DNA of 64,000 bases, taken from a bacterium. Its GTDB lineage: Bacteria > UBA8248 > JACPRG01 > G963555815. The stretch covers positions 1,024,001 through 1,088,000 of the forward strand of contig CBDHDG010000005.1 in the NCBI GenBank assembly GCA_965261595.1, written 5' to 3'. Below are positions 42,550 to 51,682 of this stretch, piece after piece. The position numbers were made by a program, and so were the translations under genes. Under the pieces are notes generated by a model, which saw nothing but the letters and a program-made list of their open reading frames with translations, searched no databases and was not told where the DNA came from. Each line of letters starts with the position of its first letter. Positions within the stretch are counted from its first letter, which is position 1.

Positions 42550-42738
42550 CCATCGTCTCTGCAATTACACTCCCAACCTTCTCCGCCGCCTCGACGAGAT
42601 GCGCGTCGGCGAGCTAGGCGTAGCTCGGGGGCGTGCTGTGCCGCCGGTTTCCAAGCAGCCTGCCGACCAGCGGCAGGTTTTCGCCGGACATGACGACAAG
42701 GCTGGCCATGGCATGCCGAAGATCATCCAACCGCAGTC
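42550..42738 (-). pseudogene. Tyrosine integrase C-terminal remnant
   Basis: LRLDDLRHAMAS...GENLPLVGRLLGN...SYA*LADAHLVEAAEKVG. Confidence 0.7.
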
Positions 42739-42744
42739 TGACGA

Positions 42745-42860
42745 GTTTTGCATCCGCGCTTCGGCCTGTTTGGGAAAGGTACGCCGGTCAATGAGCTCGC
42801 ATTCGAGCGTGGCGGACAAGCTCTCAGGCATGGCGTCATCCAGCCGTCGCCGGCCGGTTT
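42745..42860 (-). pseudogene. IS3-family OrfB remnant
   Basis: DDAMPESLSATLECELIDRRTF...EARM. Confidence 0.6.
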
Positions 42861-43296
42861 CGAACCATCCTTCGTACCCCACCACCACGCCCAATTCCCA
42901 CTCCGCCGCATCCATGCCGGATGCCCGGTAGCGGCCTCTGCAGAGAGAAGATCCACGGCTGAAACCTGACCGCACGAGGCCAGGACAGGCGAACGTTGAC
43001 CGTGTAACGGCCGGCCCGCCGTCGGTCACCGAGTCTGGCGGCAGGTCTCTCAAGGGTAGCCTCCAACGCGCGCCGAACCCCCTTCAACAAACCCGGTCCA
43101 TAGGCACCGATCCAGACTCCCATCCGGCCGTTTGGCATACGTATCGCCGTCGGGGCGATGGCCGGAGGGTCCGTTCCCCCTGACGTGCGGTGCGCCGCGA
43201 AGAGGCCGAGCCGGACCGTGAGGGGGGCGGCGGACGGATGTCCCGGGGAGGACATCTCCGCCTCCCGCGACCACCGACCCGAAGGAGGACGAAACC

Positions 43297-43602
43297 ATGC
43301 ACACGGTCCAGACGCATCCCGGCAACGCAAGCACTTTCCTCACCCACCTGTTCGGCCAAGGTCTCGATGACGACCGCTACGTGGTCGAGGGCGACATCCG
43401 GCCCTTGCGCGCCGGGGGACCGGGGACCAGGGGCCGGTCCAAGGCGCCGCGGACGATCGTGTCCCGGCAGACGATCCGGAAGATGAGGCCCGCGCGCGAC
43501 GAGATCATCGTCTGCACCGGACTCAGCCTCCGGAACTCCGGCGTCCAGTACTGGGGCTCGATCGCAACGGGATTGTTCTGCGACCGCAAGCAAAAGCGCT
43601 AA
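43297..43602 (+). CDS. Hypothetical protein (101 aa)
   Basis: Strong AAGGAGG RBS; GC3-biased. Confidence 0.6.
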   Translation: MHTVQTHPGNASTFLTHLFGQGLDDDRYVVEGDIRPLRAGGPGTRGRSKAPRTIVSRQTIRKMRPARDEIIVCTGLSLRNSGVQYWGSIATGLFCDRKQKR

Positions 43603-43687
43603 GTCGGGTTTTCTGTGCGGACGTCCTGCCGGCCCGGCGCCGGCCGGGCGTCCTTCGTCCCGATTCCACCCCCGATGGGAGGCGTCC

Positions 43688-44291
43688 ATGCCTTACAGGG
43701 ACCCCAAGGACCGCCGAAGGATCGGGCGAGAGAGAAGCAGGCGGCGCTTCAGGGCACATCGAGACGCCGGCCTGTGCACGCGCTGCGGCCACCGTCCTCC
43801 CGTCCGGGGCGGCGCTACCTGCCAGATTTGCCGTGACGCGCGGCAAGCGGCCGAACGGGAGCAGTATGCCGCCCGGCGGGCAGCGGGCCGGTGTGGCCGA
43901 TGCGGCGAAACGGCCCTTGACCACGCCTCCCGCTGCGGTCCCTGCGCGGCCCTCGAGGGCCGCGCGTCATCCACGGAAGAACGCGGTCAGCCGAAGGCGC
44001 TACGCCCACAGGCGAGAGAGGTGGCGTTGCACCGACTGCGGCGAGCCCTCGCAGGGAGCGGCACGGTGCGTGCCGTGCGCGCACCGGTCCTGGGCGCGCT
44101 CGGGCCGGCATCGGGGTCTTCCGATCCTTCCCCCGCGCTACACCGTGATCGAGGTCGCCACGGGCGAGGACCACGGGACCTGGGACAGCTGGGAGGTGGT
44201 GGTCATGTGCCTGGCCTATGCCAGGCTCTCCCTGGAAGAAGTCGAGATTATTACGGACGCCTCGCCCATGATGACGCTCACCGGATGGTGA
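43688..44291 (+). pseudogene. Cys-rich (CxxC repeat) zinc-binding protein, frameshifted near 43970
   Basis: GLCTRCG..CQIC, GRCGRCG..CGPC, then RCTDCG..CVPC in another frame; GGAGG RBS. Confidence 0.6.
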
Positions 44292-44321
44292 TAGACGTCT
44301 GACACCGGCCGGCCGGACGCC

Positions 44322-45173
44322 TCATCCCGCGGCGACCTCGATCAGCAGCCGGCAATGGTCGCTGCGACCCACTCGTCGACTCCGTTGAGCGCTCGAACCT
44401 TTACCCTCTCGTGAAAGCCGCGCGAGGCGAAGACGTAGTCGAGCTGGCGGTCGGCTTTGGCCGCCGACTTGCCGGGCGGATAATACGTCGGGACGTTCCC
44501 CGTGCTGGCCGGGACATCGGGCGGTGGGGTTGCCGCCTGCCTGCCGTTCGGCGCTTGCGGCCCCATGAATTCCAGCCCGAGCGCATCCATCCGCGCCCAG
44601 ACCGTGCGCTCGCGCTCCGGCAGCGACAGGCTGCGACCCGTAGCGCCATAGAACATGTTCAGGTCGCCCGCGGCCAGAATGCGGTGCTTCGAGGGGTCGG
44701 TGTGACCGATGAAGGCTGACAGATCCGAGAGGATCCGGTGCGCCGAAACGTCGGAAGCGCCGGTCCTTCACGGACTCCCGCTCGAGGGATGGGGCTTCAT
44801 CCAGCGCGCATACATCGAGACCGCCACGAAAGCCTCTTCCTCATTGTTGCGCGGGATCGCCCTGGCGGCGGCGATGGTCCCGATGCCGCTCACGCCGATG
44901 TCGCCCTCACCGACATCGCCGAGCGGGGGGACCTGCCGGAAGCGCTCGACCTCGACCCGGTCGGACAACCCCACGACCAGGCACCAGCGATCATACAGAT
45001 GACGGCTCCAGACTACGTCGTCCTTGTTATGGGAGCAGATGCGCCAGGTCGCCGGGCGGGCTCCCCGCTTCCTGGAGCAAGGCGAGGTCCGCCTCGCCCC
45101 GGTCCGCCATCTCCGCGAGCTCGCGCCACGGCTCCATGCGTTTGCCGATATTCCAGCTCACGACCCTGATCAC
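44322..45173 (-). pseudogene. Endonuclease/exonuclease/phosphatase (EEP) family protein, disrupted
   Basis: IRVVSWNI, LALLQEA, then a stop; later ILAAGDLN, PTYY, QLDYVFAS, and SDHC after a frameshift. Confidence 0.75.
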
Positions 45174-45766
45174 TGCCAATCCCCCTTTCTCCGGTTGCCA
45201 TGCTGCGCAGCCGGCCCGCCGTCCTCAGGCTTCAACCCCGCCGATCGAGCCACCATCACGGCGCCCGGACCGGCAGGCTTGAGATTATCGCGTAGAGGGC
45301 GATTGCGAGCGGGCCGGGCAATCCCGCCACCAGCGACGCTGCCACAGCCGCCGGCACCTCAGCGCCAGCGGCAGGCCGTACGGCGCGACCGGGGTCGGTG
45401 ACCCCGACGAGGTCCGCGGCATCAGCGTCCAGATCACGGCCTGGATCCCGAAGCGCAGGGCCGCGGTCGCGACCAGCCCGGCGGCAGCCACAAGAGCGCC
45501 AACAACCGGAAGCCGACCCGCTTGGCAAACCCTCCCTCCCCGGTCAGGTCTGACCCCTTTTGTCTATGCCTCATCTGACCCGAACTCCGAACCGGGCGCA
45601 ATTCCAGGCGGGTGTCCGTGTGTGTCTCCTCGCTATCCGCCACAACGTGTTCTCGCCGTAGAGCCAGAGGGAAGCAAGGGCCGGGCGAACGCCCGGCATG
45701 GAGAGGGAGACGGTCTCCCGGTCCCGATGCCGGGAACGGCAACTCCCCCGAACAGGAGGCAAGCCC

Positions 45767-45907
45767 ATGCTCGACCAGGACCTCGACCTCGAACTCCCCA
45801 CAGATGACGAACTGCTCGCCGAGATCGGCCTCGACTCTTACACCATCCGCAGGATCCTCACCGAAGCGGTCCATGCCGACACCGGCGAAGGAGAGGAGCT
45901 TTTCTAG
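45767..45907 (+). CDS. Small acidic protein (46 aa)
   Basis: AGGAGG RBS; MLDQDLDLELPTDDELLAEIGLDSYTIRRILTEAVHADTGEGEELF. Confidence 0.5.
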   Translation: MLDQDLDLELPTDDELLAEIGLDSYTIRRILTEAVHADTGEGEELF

Positions 45908-45997
45908 GGGGTGAACCAAGGGGCCGGAGAGAGAGGCTCTCCCCCCTTTTCACATCACCCGTTGTCTTCCACACCCTTAACTCTAAGGAGAATGATC

Positions 45998-46423
45998 ATG
46001 GCCTTCGGACTCAATCGCGCTGAAGTGATCGGCCGCCTCGGCGCCGACGTCACCGTCAACCACCTCACCAGCGGCGGACGCGTGGCCAACCTGTCGATCG
46101 CCACCGACGAGGGCTACATCGATAAGCAGACCGGAGACCGGGTCGACAAGACCGAGTGGCACCGGGTCGTGACCTTCCAGCCCGGGCTGGTGGACATGTT
46201 CGAGAAGCACGCGACGAAGGGCCGGCTGGTCTATGTGGCTGGCAAGCTGCAGACCCGTCGCTGGAAGAAGGACGACGAGGACTCCGACCGGTTCTCGACC
46301 GAGATCCTGTTGGTTCCGGGCGGGCGCGTGCAGTTCCTCGACAAGCCCAACGGCAACGGCGCGCCGGTCGCGGAGGCGGAGACGCCGTCCGCCGATGCGG
46401 CGGTGGACGAGATCCCGTTCTGA
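45998..46423 (+). CDS. ssb: Single-stranded DNA-binding protein
   Basis: LNRAEVIGRLGAD, NLSIAT, TEWHRVV, KGRLVYVAGKLQTRRW, C-terminal DEIPF. Confidence 0.95.
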   Translation: MAFGLNRAEVIGRLGADVTVNHLTSGGRVANLSIATDEGYIDKQTGDRVDKTEWHRVVTFQPGLVDMFEKHATKGRLVYVAGKLQTRRWKKDDEDSDRFSTEILLVPGGRVQFLDKPNGNGAPVAEAETPSADAAVDEIPF

Positions 46424-46451
46424 TCGGCCATTCCGTTTCCTCCCTCTACCT

Positions 46452-46484
46452 GGGCCGGCGCTTCGCGCGTCGGCCCTTTTTCTT
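46452..46484 (+). terminator. Intrinsic terminator after ssb
   Basis: GGGCCGGCGC-loop-GCGTCGGCCC followed by TTTTTCTT. Confidence 0.7.
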
Positions 46485-46617
46485 GCTGCCCGTTCCGAGA
46501 CAGCGCCCGTTCGGGCCTCGCGCCAGCGCTGCGCGCGGCGCTTCGTCCTCCGGCGCCGGCCGGAGGCGGAGGCCGGCCGGTATCGGGCCTTCCCCGTCCA
46601 TCCAGAGGAGGCCCGTC

Positions 46618-47652
46618 ATGCCGCCCCCATCGTCCCGTTCCGCATCTCCCGCCGCCGACATCGCCGCCGCGCTCGGCGCGTGCGCCGAGGCCGTCTGCCG
46701 GCGTTACCTGCCCCAGGGCAAAAAGCAGGGCCGGTACTGGGTCGCCGGCGATCTCGAAGGCGCTCGCGGCCGCTCGCTCTTCGTCCGCCTGCACGGTCCC
46801 GGCGTCCCCGGGAAGTGGACCGACGCGGCCACCGGAGAGCACGGCGACCTGCTCGATCTCGTCCGGCATCGCTCGGGCGCGCCGACGCTTCGCGCGGCGC
46901 TCGCCGAGGCCCGCGCCTCCCTCGCCCTGCCGGCTCCGCCGGCGCCGGGCGAGGGCTACGACGCAACAGAAGCGGCCCGCCGCCTCTGGCGGCGTTGCCG
47001 CGCCATCGGCGGCACCCATGCCGAAGCCTACCTCCACGCCCGCGGGCTCGCGCGCTGCCGGTTCCCGGCATTGCGCTTCCATCCCGAGCTTCGCTATCGC
47101 GAAGGCTCTTCCCTGCGCCGTTTTCCGGCGCTGGTCGCCGCCGTGACCGGCGACGACGGCGCCATCCAAGGCGTGCAGCGCACCTGGCTCGATTCGCGCT
47201 TGCCCGCCAAGGCGTCCGTGGATGCGGCCCCGCGCAAGGCGCTCGGCCGCATCCACGGACGCGCCGTGTGCTTCGGCAAGCCCGCCGACGGCGCTTCGCT
47301 GCTCGTCGGCGAAGGCATCGAGACGGTGCTGTCGATCGTCACCGCGGCGCCCGGGGTCATTTCGGCGGCCGCGCTCTCGGCCGGAAGCCTCGGCGCCTTC
47401 GCTCCACCTGGCGGGCTCAAACGGCTCGTCATCGCCCGCGACAACGATTCCGAGGGCAAACGGGCCGCCCAACGCCTCGCCCGGCGCTGCGCGCGGGCGG
47501 GCGTCGCCGCCCACGTCATCGTCTCCGAATACGGCGACTTCAACGACGACCTGGTTACTCTCGGACCCCGGGCCCTGGCCCTTCGGCTCGCCGCCCTGTT
47601 CCCCGCGCCGCAGCGGGTCGGAGAGAGGGAGGGAAGAGCGGGGGAGGGGTGA
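46618..47652 (+). CDS. Toprim-domain (primase-like) protein of the ICE/plasmid type
   Basis: GKWTDAATGEHGDLLDL, AEAYLHARG, LRFHP, VQRTWL, VGEGIET, IARDND..G, DFNDDL. Confidence 0.85.
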   Translation: MPPPSSRSASPAADIAAALGACAEAVCRRYLPQGKKQGRYWVAGDLEGARGRSLFVRLHGPGVPGKWTDAATGEHGDLLDLVRHRSGAPTLRAALAEARASLALPAPPAPGEGYDATEAARRLWRRCRAIGGTHAEAYLHARGLARCRFPALRFHPELRYREGSSLRRFPALVAAVTGDDGAIQGVQRTWLDSRLPAKASVDAAPRKALGRIHGRAVCFGKPADGASLLVGEGIETVLSIVTAAPGVISAAALSAGSLGAFAPPGGLKRLVIARDNDSEGKRAAQRLARRCARAGVAAHVIVSEYGDFNDDLVTLGPRALALRLAALFPAPQRVGEREGRAGEG

Positions 47653-48235
47653 ACGGATCGAAAGGAGAAGAGAGCATGGCGCACATCGTCAATCTCAGGC
47701 ATGCGCCAGCCCTGCGGGCGGCGCTCGCGGCCCTTCACGGCAAGCCGCTGGCCTTCTGATGCGCGCCGCTGCCCTGCCATGGGCAGGTCCTCGCCCGCGC
47801 CGCGGCATGGACGGCCTCCGTCCTGGCGGAACGGAGGGGAGAGTGAAGCGGGAGAGGGGCGAACGCCGCGAGGAGGGAGAGAGAGGGCCCCGGGCACCGG
47901 CAACACGGAAGGAGAACCGAAATGCAATCCGTTACCTTGAGGAACATCGCCCGTACGAGTCCAGGGTCTACCACGATGGCAATCTCGCCTGCGAGGTTGC
48001 GGAGCCACTCGTCGATACGCGTCCGTTGCGGTGACGGGCCATGCCGTCTTCGGGCGATCCCTTCGGGCCGGGCTCCCCGCTGCAATCTCCGCTCCGCTCC
48101 GATTTCCGCTTCTATCCCTATCGCCTCCGCTCGCTGGCGCTCGCTGCGCGCTACGCTTGCCGGGCCGGCGCCCGAGACCCGGGTCTCAATTCCGGAACCG
48201 CACAGGGCGTCCGGGACAGTGGCAAACAATATCCC

Positions 48236-48500
48236 TCTCGACGTGATGGCCCATTGTCCCACACGTGCTCGCTGCGCCAACCCGCTCCGCGGGTCCTACA
48301 CTACGCTCCGCTCCGTTCCGGCCCTGGCTCGCAAGGCTACGGCGCTGCGCGCCTAGGCGCGCCAAGAAACGCGACCGAGGCTCCGCGCTCCCTGCGGTCG
48401 CTTGTGCGCCCGCACCACTCGCGCCCCTCGCCGCGCCAGGCCTTGCGGCCACGGTGACTTTGCTGCGCGCGCGTGGGCCACTCAACCATCACGTTCGGAG
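48236..48500. promoter_or_regulatory. Long nested stem-loop; candidate single-strand promoter/initiation signal (Frpo/ssi-like)
   Basis: ACGTGATGG (48241) pairs with CCATCACGT (48486); CCCACACGTGC with GCGCGCGTGGG; TGGCTCGCAAGGC with GCCTTGCGGCCA. Confidence 0.45.
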
Positions 48501-48559
48501 ACTCTCTCCGCACAACGAACCGTAACGGTTCTCAACCCTCTACCCGGAAGGAGAGCATC

Positions 48560-49483
48560 ATGCACGATATCGACAACATCTCAGAACAGAACCAGTCCGT
48601 CACCGCCACCGTCTGCGACCAGGCGGCTCTCTTCGGAGCAACCCCGGAGCGCGACGAATTCGACAACCGGGAGGTCTGGGACCCGGAGAACGCCCTCTCC
48701 GCCGTCACGGAAGCCTTCCGCATCATGGCACACGGCGTCGCGCCCGACGGAACGCAACTCGCCGACGAGCGCGAGAGCCTGCTCTGGGGATTCGTCAACA
48801 TGCTCGACGCCCAGACCCAACGCCTCGACCGCGCGGCCGACAGGCTCCTCCCCGACATGCGCGACCTCCAGCGAGAGCAGGACGGCTCGGAGATCCGGTC
48901 CCGAGAGCTCGAACTCGTCACCGACCGAACCAAGAACCTCACGGACCGGCGGGACGCCTTCGAGCAACTCAGAGATGCAGCGGCCGAGGCCTACCGGGTC
49001 GAGACCGGAGACCTCTGGCGGCCCCGGCGCGGGTCCCACACCTCCCAGACCGGCAAGCTCACTTCGGCCATGATCGACGCCCGCGACTTCCAGCGTGCCC
49101 GCAGGGACCGCGAGAACAAGGCGCTCCTGCCCCAGGGAACGCTCGTCGCGGTGGCAGGCGGCAAGCACGCCGGCGACGCAGGCGCCATCATCCGCACCCT
49201 CGAGAAGCTCAAGGCCAAGTACGACGATGTGGTCCTGGTCCACGGCGGCGGCCCCGGCGTCGAGAAGGTCGCGGCCAAGTGGGCGGACCGCAACGGTGTC
49301 CACCAGATCGTCTGCAAGCCCGACTGGGACGCACACGGACGCGCGGCGCCCTTCCGGCGCAATGACGAGCTGCTCGATCTCCTCCCCAAGGGCGTCATCG
49401 CGTTCCCGGGCTCGGGCATCACGGACAATCTGGTCGACAAGGCGCGCAAGCTCGGTATCCCGGTCCAGTGCGTCGCCGCCTGA
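48560..49483 (+). CDS. DUF2493 (YspA/SLOG-like) domain protein
   Basis: VAVAGGK, VLVHGGGPGVEKVAAKWA, PDW..HGRAAPFRRND, IAFPGSGITDNLVDKA. Confidence 0.85.
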   Translation: MHDIDNISEQNQSVTATVCDQAALFGATPERDEFDNREVWDPENALSAVTEAFRIMAHGVAPDGTQLADERESLLWGFVNMLDAQTQRLDRAADRLLPDMRDLQREQDGSEIRSRELELVTDRTKNLTDRRDAFEQLRDAAAEAYRVETGDLWRPRRGSHTSQTGKLTSAMIDARDFQRARRDRENKALLPQGTLVAVAGGKHAGDAGAIIRTLEKLKAKYDDVVLVHGGGPGVEKVAAKWADRNGVHQIVCKPDWDAHGRAAPFRRNDELLDLLPKGVIAFPGSGITDNLVDKARKLGIPVQCVAA

Positions 49484-49496
49484 GTCGAACGACCTC

Positions 49497-49542
49497 GCGG
49501 GTCGCGTCGCCACCCGGCGGCGCGGCCCGTTCTTCCTTCCTT
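49497..49542 (+). terminator. Probable terminator after the DUF2493 gene
   Basis: GCGGGTCGCGTCGCC / GGCGGCGCGGCCCGT stem followed by a pyrimidine tract. Confidence 0.55.
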
Positions 49543-49850
49543 CACGTCCCGCTGCACTGTGCACCGCACCGGTGCGAACCCCACTGCTCACTCCGTCCCG
49601 CACTGCTCCATGCACCATGCTCCGCACGGCCGCCCGCTCAATCGCCGCGGCGGCTCCCCCGCGCGTCCCGCGCCCGCGGAGATCCCCTCTTCGCTCGTTC
49701 CTCACATTCTGGTCTGTCGGACGCCGGTCGGCGCTTTTACTCTCACACCTGACGCAGCAGGCTGCATGCGTACTCCCTGCGCGCGCTTGTCCTGCATTCC
49801 TGTGCGCAATCAACGACCTGCGGCGACTCCGTGATGCCGGAAAAAGTCCT

Positions 49851-50120
49851 ACCAAACTGGTGGCTCGGGGGTATGCGGCGCTATCTCACTGATATCGTTA
49901 CACTTATCGAAGGGCGCATCGCACCTGGAGTTCGAGTGAGATCTCAAGCGGCATACGCCCGATACCAGACTGGTCGCGCGCGGATCCGCGCTGCGCTATG
50001 ATGGCTACCAATTCGGTGGTTCATGAGGTCGCATCATTCGGAGGCCTTCACAGTCCGGGACGAGGGCGTCCGGTGTCCAGGAGCAAGGACCATTTCGGTC
50101 GTTTCCTGGACCAAAATGGA
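49851..50120. promoter_or_regulatory. Candidate oriT / relaxosome-binding region
   Basis: Imperfect inverted repeat 49857-49968; five ACCA-N3-YGG(T/A) motifs; immediately upstream of an RHH gene. Confidence 0.4.
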
Positions 50121-50152
50121 CTGAAGTCTTCACAAAAGGATCGGCGGAACGG

Positions 50153-50500
50153 ATGGCTCAGACATTGCAAAAGAACATTCGGGCCACGCCCGGGCAATGG
50201 AAGAGGATCGAAAAAGAGGCGGAGGAGCGGGGGATGTCGGCAAACCAACTCGTGGTCGAGCTCGCGATGGAGGCTCTCGACCACAGGCAGTGGCCCCGCA
50301 CGGAGCATGAAATCCAGCTCCTTCGGTCGGCGATGTTCGCGGCCCAGGCCATGGCCCGCGACATGGAGAGGGCCGGACGAGGGGATGAGGTCGAGGAAAT
50401 CAGCAGGAATATCTCGGCAGTCGCGCCGGAATCGCCGGGCGAATCATCGGAATCGTCTCAAATTCCGACCAAACCGGAACCCGTCGTGAACGACGAGTAA
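50153..50500 (+). CDS. Ribbon-helix-helix-like DNA-binding protein (relaxosome accessory candidate)
   Basis: QKNIRATPGQWKRIEKEAEERGMSANQLVVELAMEAL fits the beta-alpha-alpha RHH pattern. Confidence 0.6.
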   Translation: MAQTLQKNIRATPGQWKRIEKEAEERGMSANQLVVELAMEALDHRQWPRTEHEIQLLRSAMFAAQAMARDMERAGRGDEVEEISRNISAVAPESPGESSESSQIPTKPEPVVNDE

Positions 50501-50661
50501 ACGTTCCTGCCATTTCGAGGCCAATGATCTGCGAACCAGTGGACCCTTTACACGGATCCAACCCGCCACTAAAATCGCGGGTAATGTGGGCATGAAAGAG
50601 TTGCCACATAGCGCCTACGCTTCACGATGATCACCCGACTGGCTCAGAAGACGATTTCGGC

Positions 50662-51414
50662 ATGAAGGAACGAACCGACGTCAGCGTTTCACATACTGGC
50701 GGAAGACCGCTCGCCCCGTCCAAGACACTCATGGGCGTAGCCAACAAGAAACAATCGCTACGGCCTCGTGCCAAGTCGCGAAAATTGCAAAGCCAGCTTG
50801 TCGATTGTGTTTCTTTTCCCGAGCGTGTTCTTTTTCTCGATATCGAGACGACCGGTCTTAGCCACTATTATGACGAGATTACCGTCATAGGATGGTCTTT
50901 CGGAGGTTGCGCAAAGACGCTTGTCAAGGGGCAGGACCCGGGCCTATTGCGTGATGGCCTCACTCGCGCGAAGGCTCTGGTCACCTTCAACGGGATTCGC
51001 TTCGACACCAAGTTCATTACGCGGGAATTTCCAGAGATGATTCTTCCGGAATCGCATGTTGACCTCAGGTATCTTTGCCGCCGGGTCGGTTTGACGGGCG
51101 GACAGAAGGCAATCGAAAACGAGCTGGGCATTGGTTTTCGCGATGATTCCACCAACATGGACGGCGCTGCGGCAGTCATGCTCTGGCATCGGTACCTTCG
51201 CGGCGACCGCGGTGCGTTGCAAAAACTCATTCACTACAACCGGGTCGATATCGCGGCCATGGGGACAATCCTTGACGAAGCCGTCACTCGTCTTAGAACA
51301 CAGTTGGATCTCCTCATTGAAAACGTGTGTTTTCAAGACTGGTCGGCGCCGCGAGGCTGGCAGACAGTGCCCAAGGTCTCATTGCCGCCTCGCGAACTGA
51401 CGGAGCGACGCTAA
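50662..51414 (+). CDS. RNase H-like DEDD exonuclease (RNase_H_2/YprB-like); probably the truncated N-terminus of a DUF429 fusion
   Basis: LFLDIETTG, VTFNGIRFD, HVDL, GGQKAIE, AVMLW, YNRVD; an out-of-frame RIVGIDLTGSE follows at about 51458. Confidence 0.75.
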   Translation: MKERTDVSVSHTGGRPLAPSKTLMGVANKKQSLRPRAKSRKLQSQLVDCVSFPERVLFLDIETTGLSHYYDEITVIGWSFGGCAKTLVKGQDPGLLRDGLTRAKALVTFNGIRFDTKFITREFPEMILPESHVDLRYLCRRVGLTGGQKAIENELGIGFRDDSTNMDGAAAVMLWHRYLRGDRGALQKLIHYNRVDIAAMGTILDEAVTRLRTQLDLLIENVCFQDWSAPRGWQTVPKVSLPPRELTERR

Positions 51415-51682
51415 GAGTATTCTCCGACCTGTTCGGTGCCGGTTCTTTCTCAGGTTTCGTATCGTCGGAATCGATCTTACGGGCTCCGAGGAGTGAGCCA
51501 GCGGAAAGCTTCAATGGCCCGGCGGGTCTATTACAACTCTTCCAGGCCGCATTCGCGCCCTCGGCTATCAAACGCCGGCGACTTGGCCGGGCAACGTTGC
51601 TCTTGAGACTATGCTCGAAACCGAAAACTCTCAAACAACATGACCCTAAAGACGGTGAAATGGTAACCGACGGGGATAATGG

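Noticed and set aside
49565..49576. CGCACCGGTGCG as an R388-like nic hairpin
   Set aside because: No loop and no following TATTGTCT-type nick sequence.
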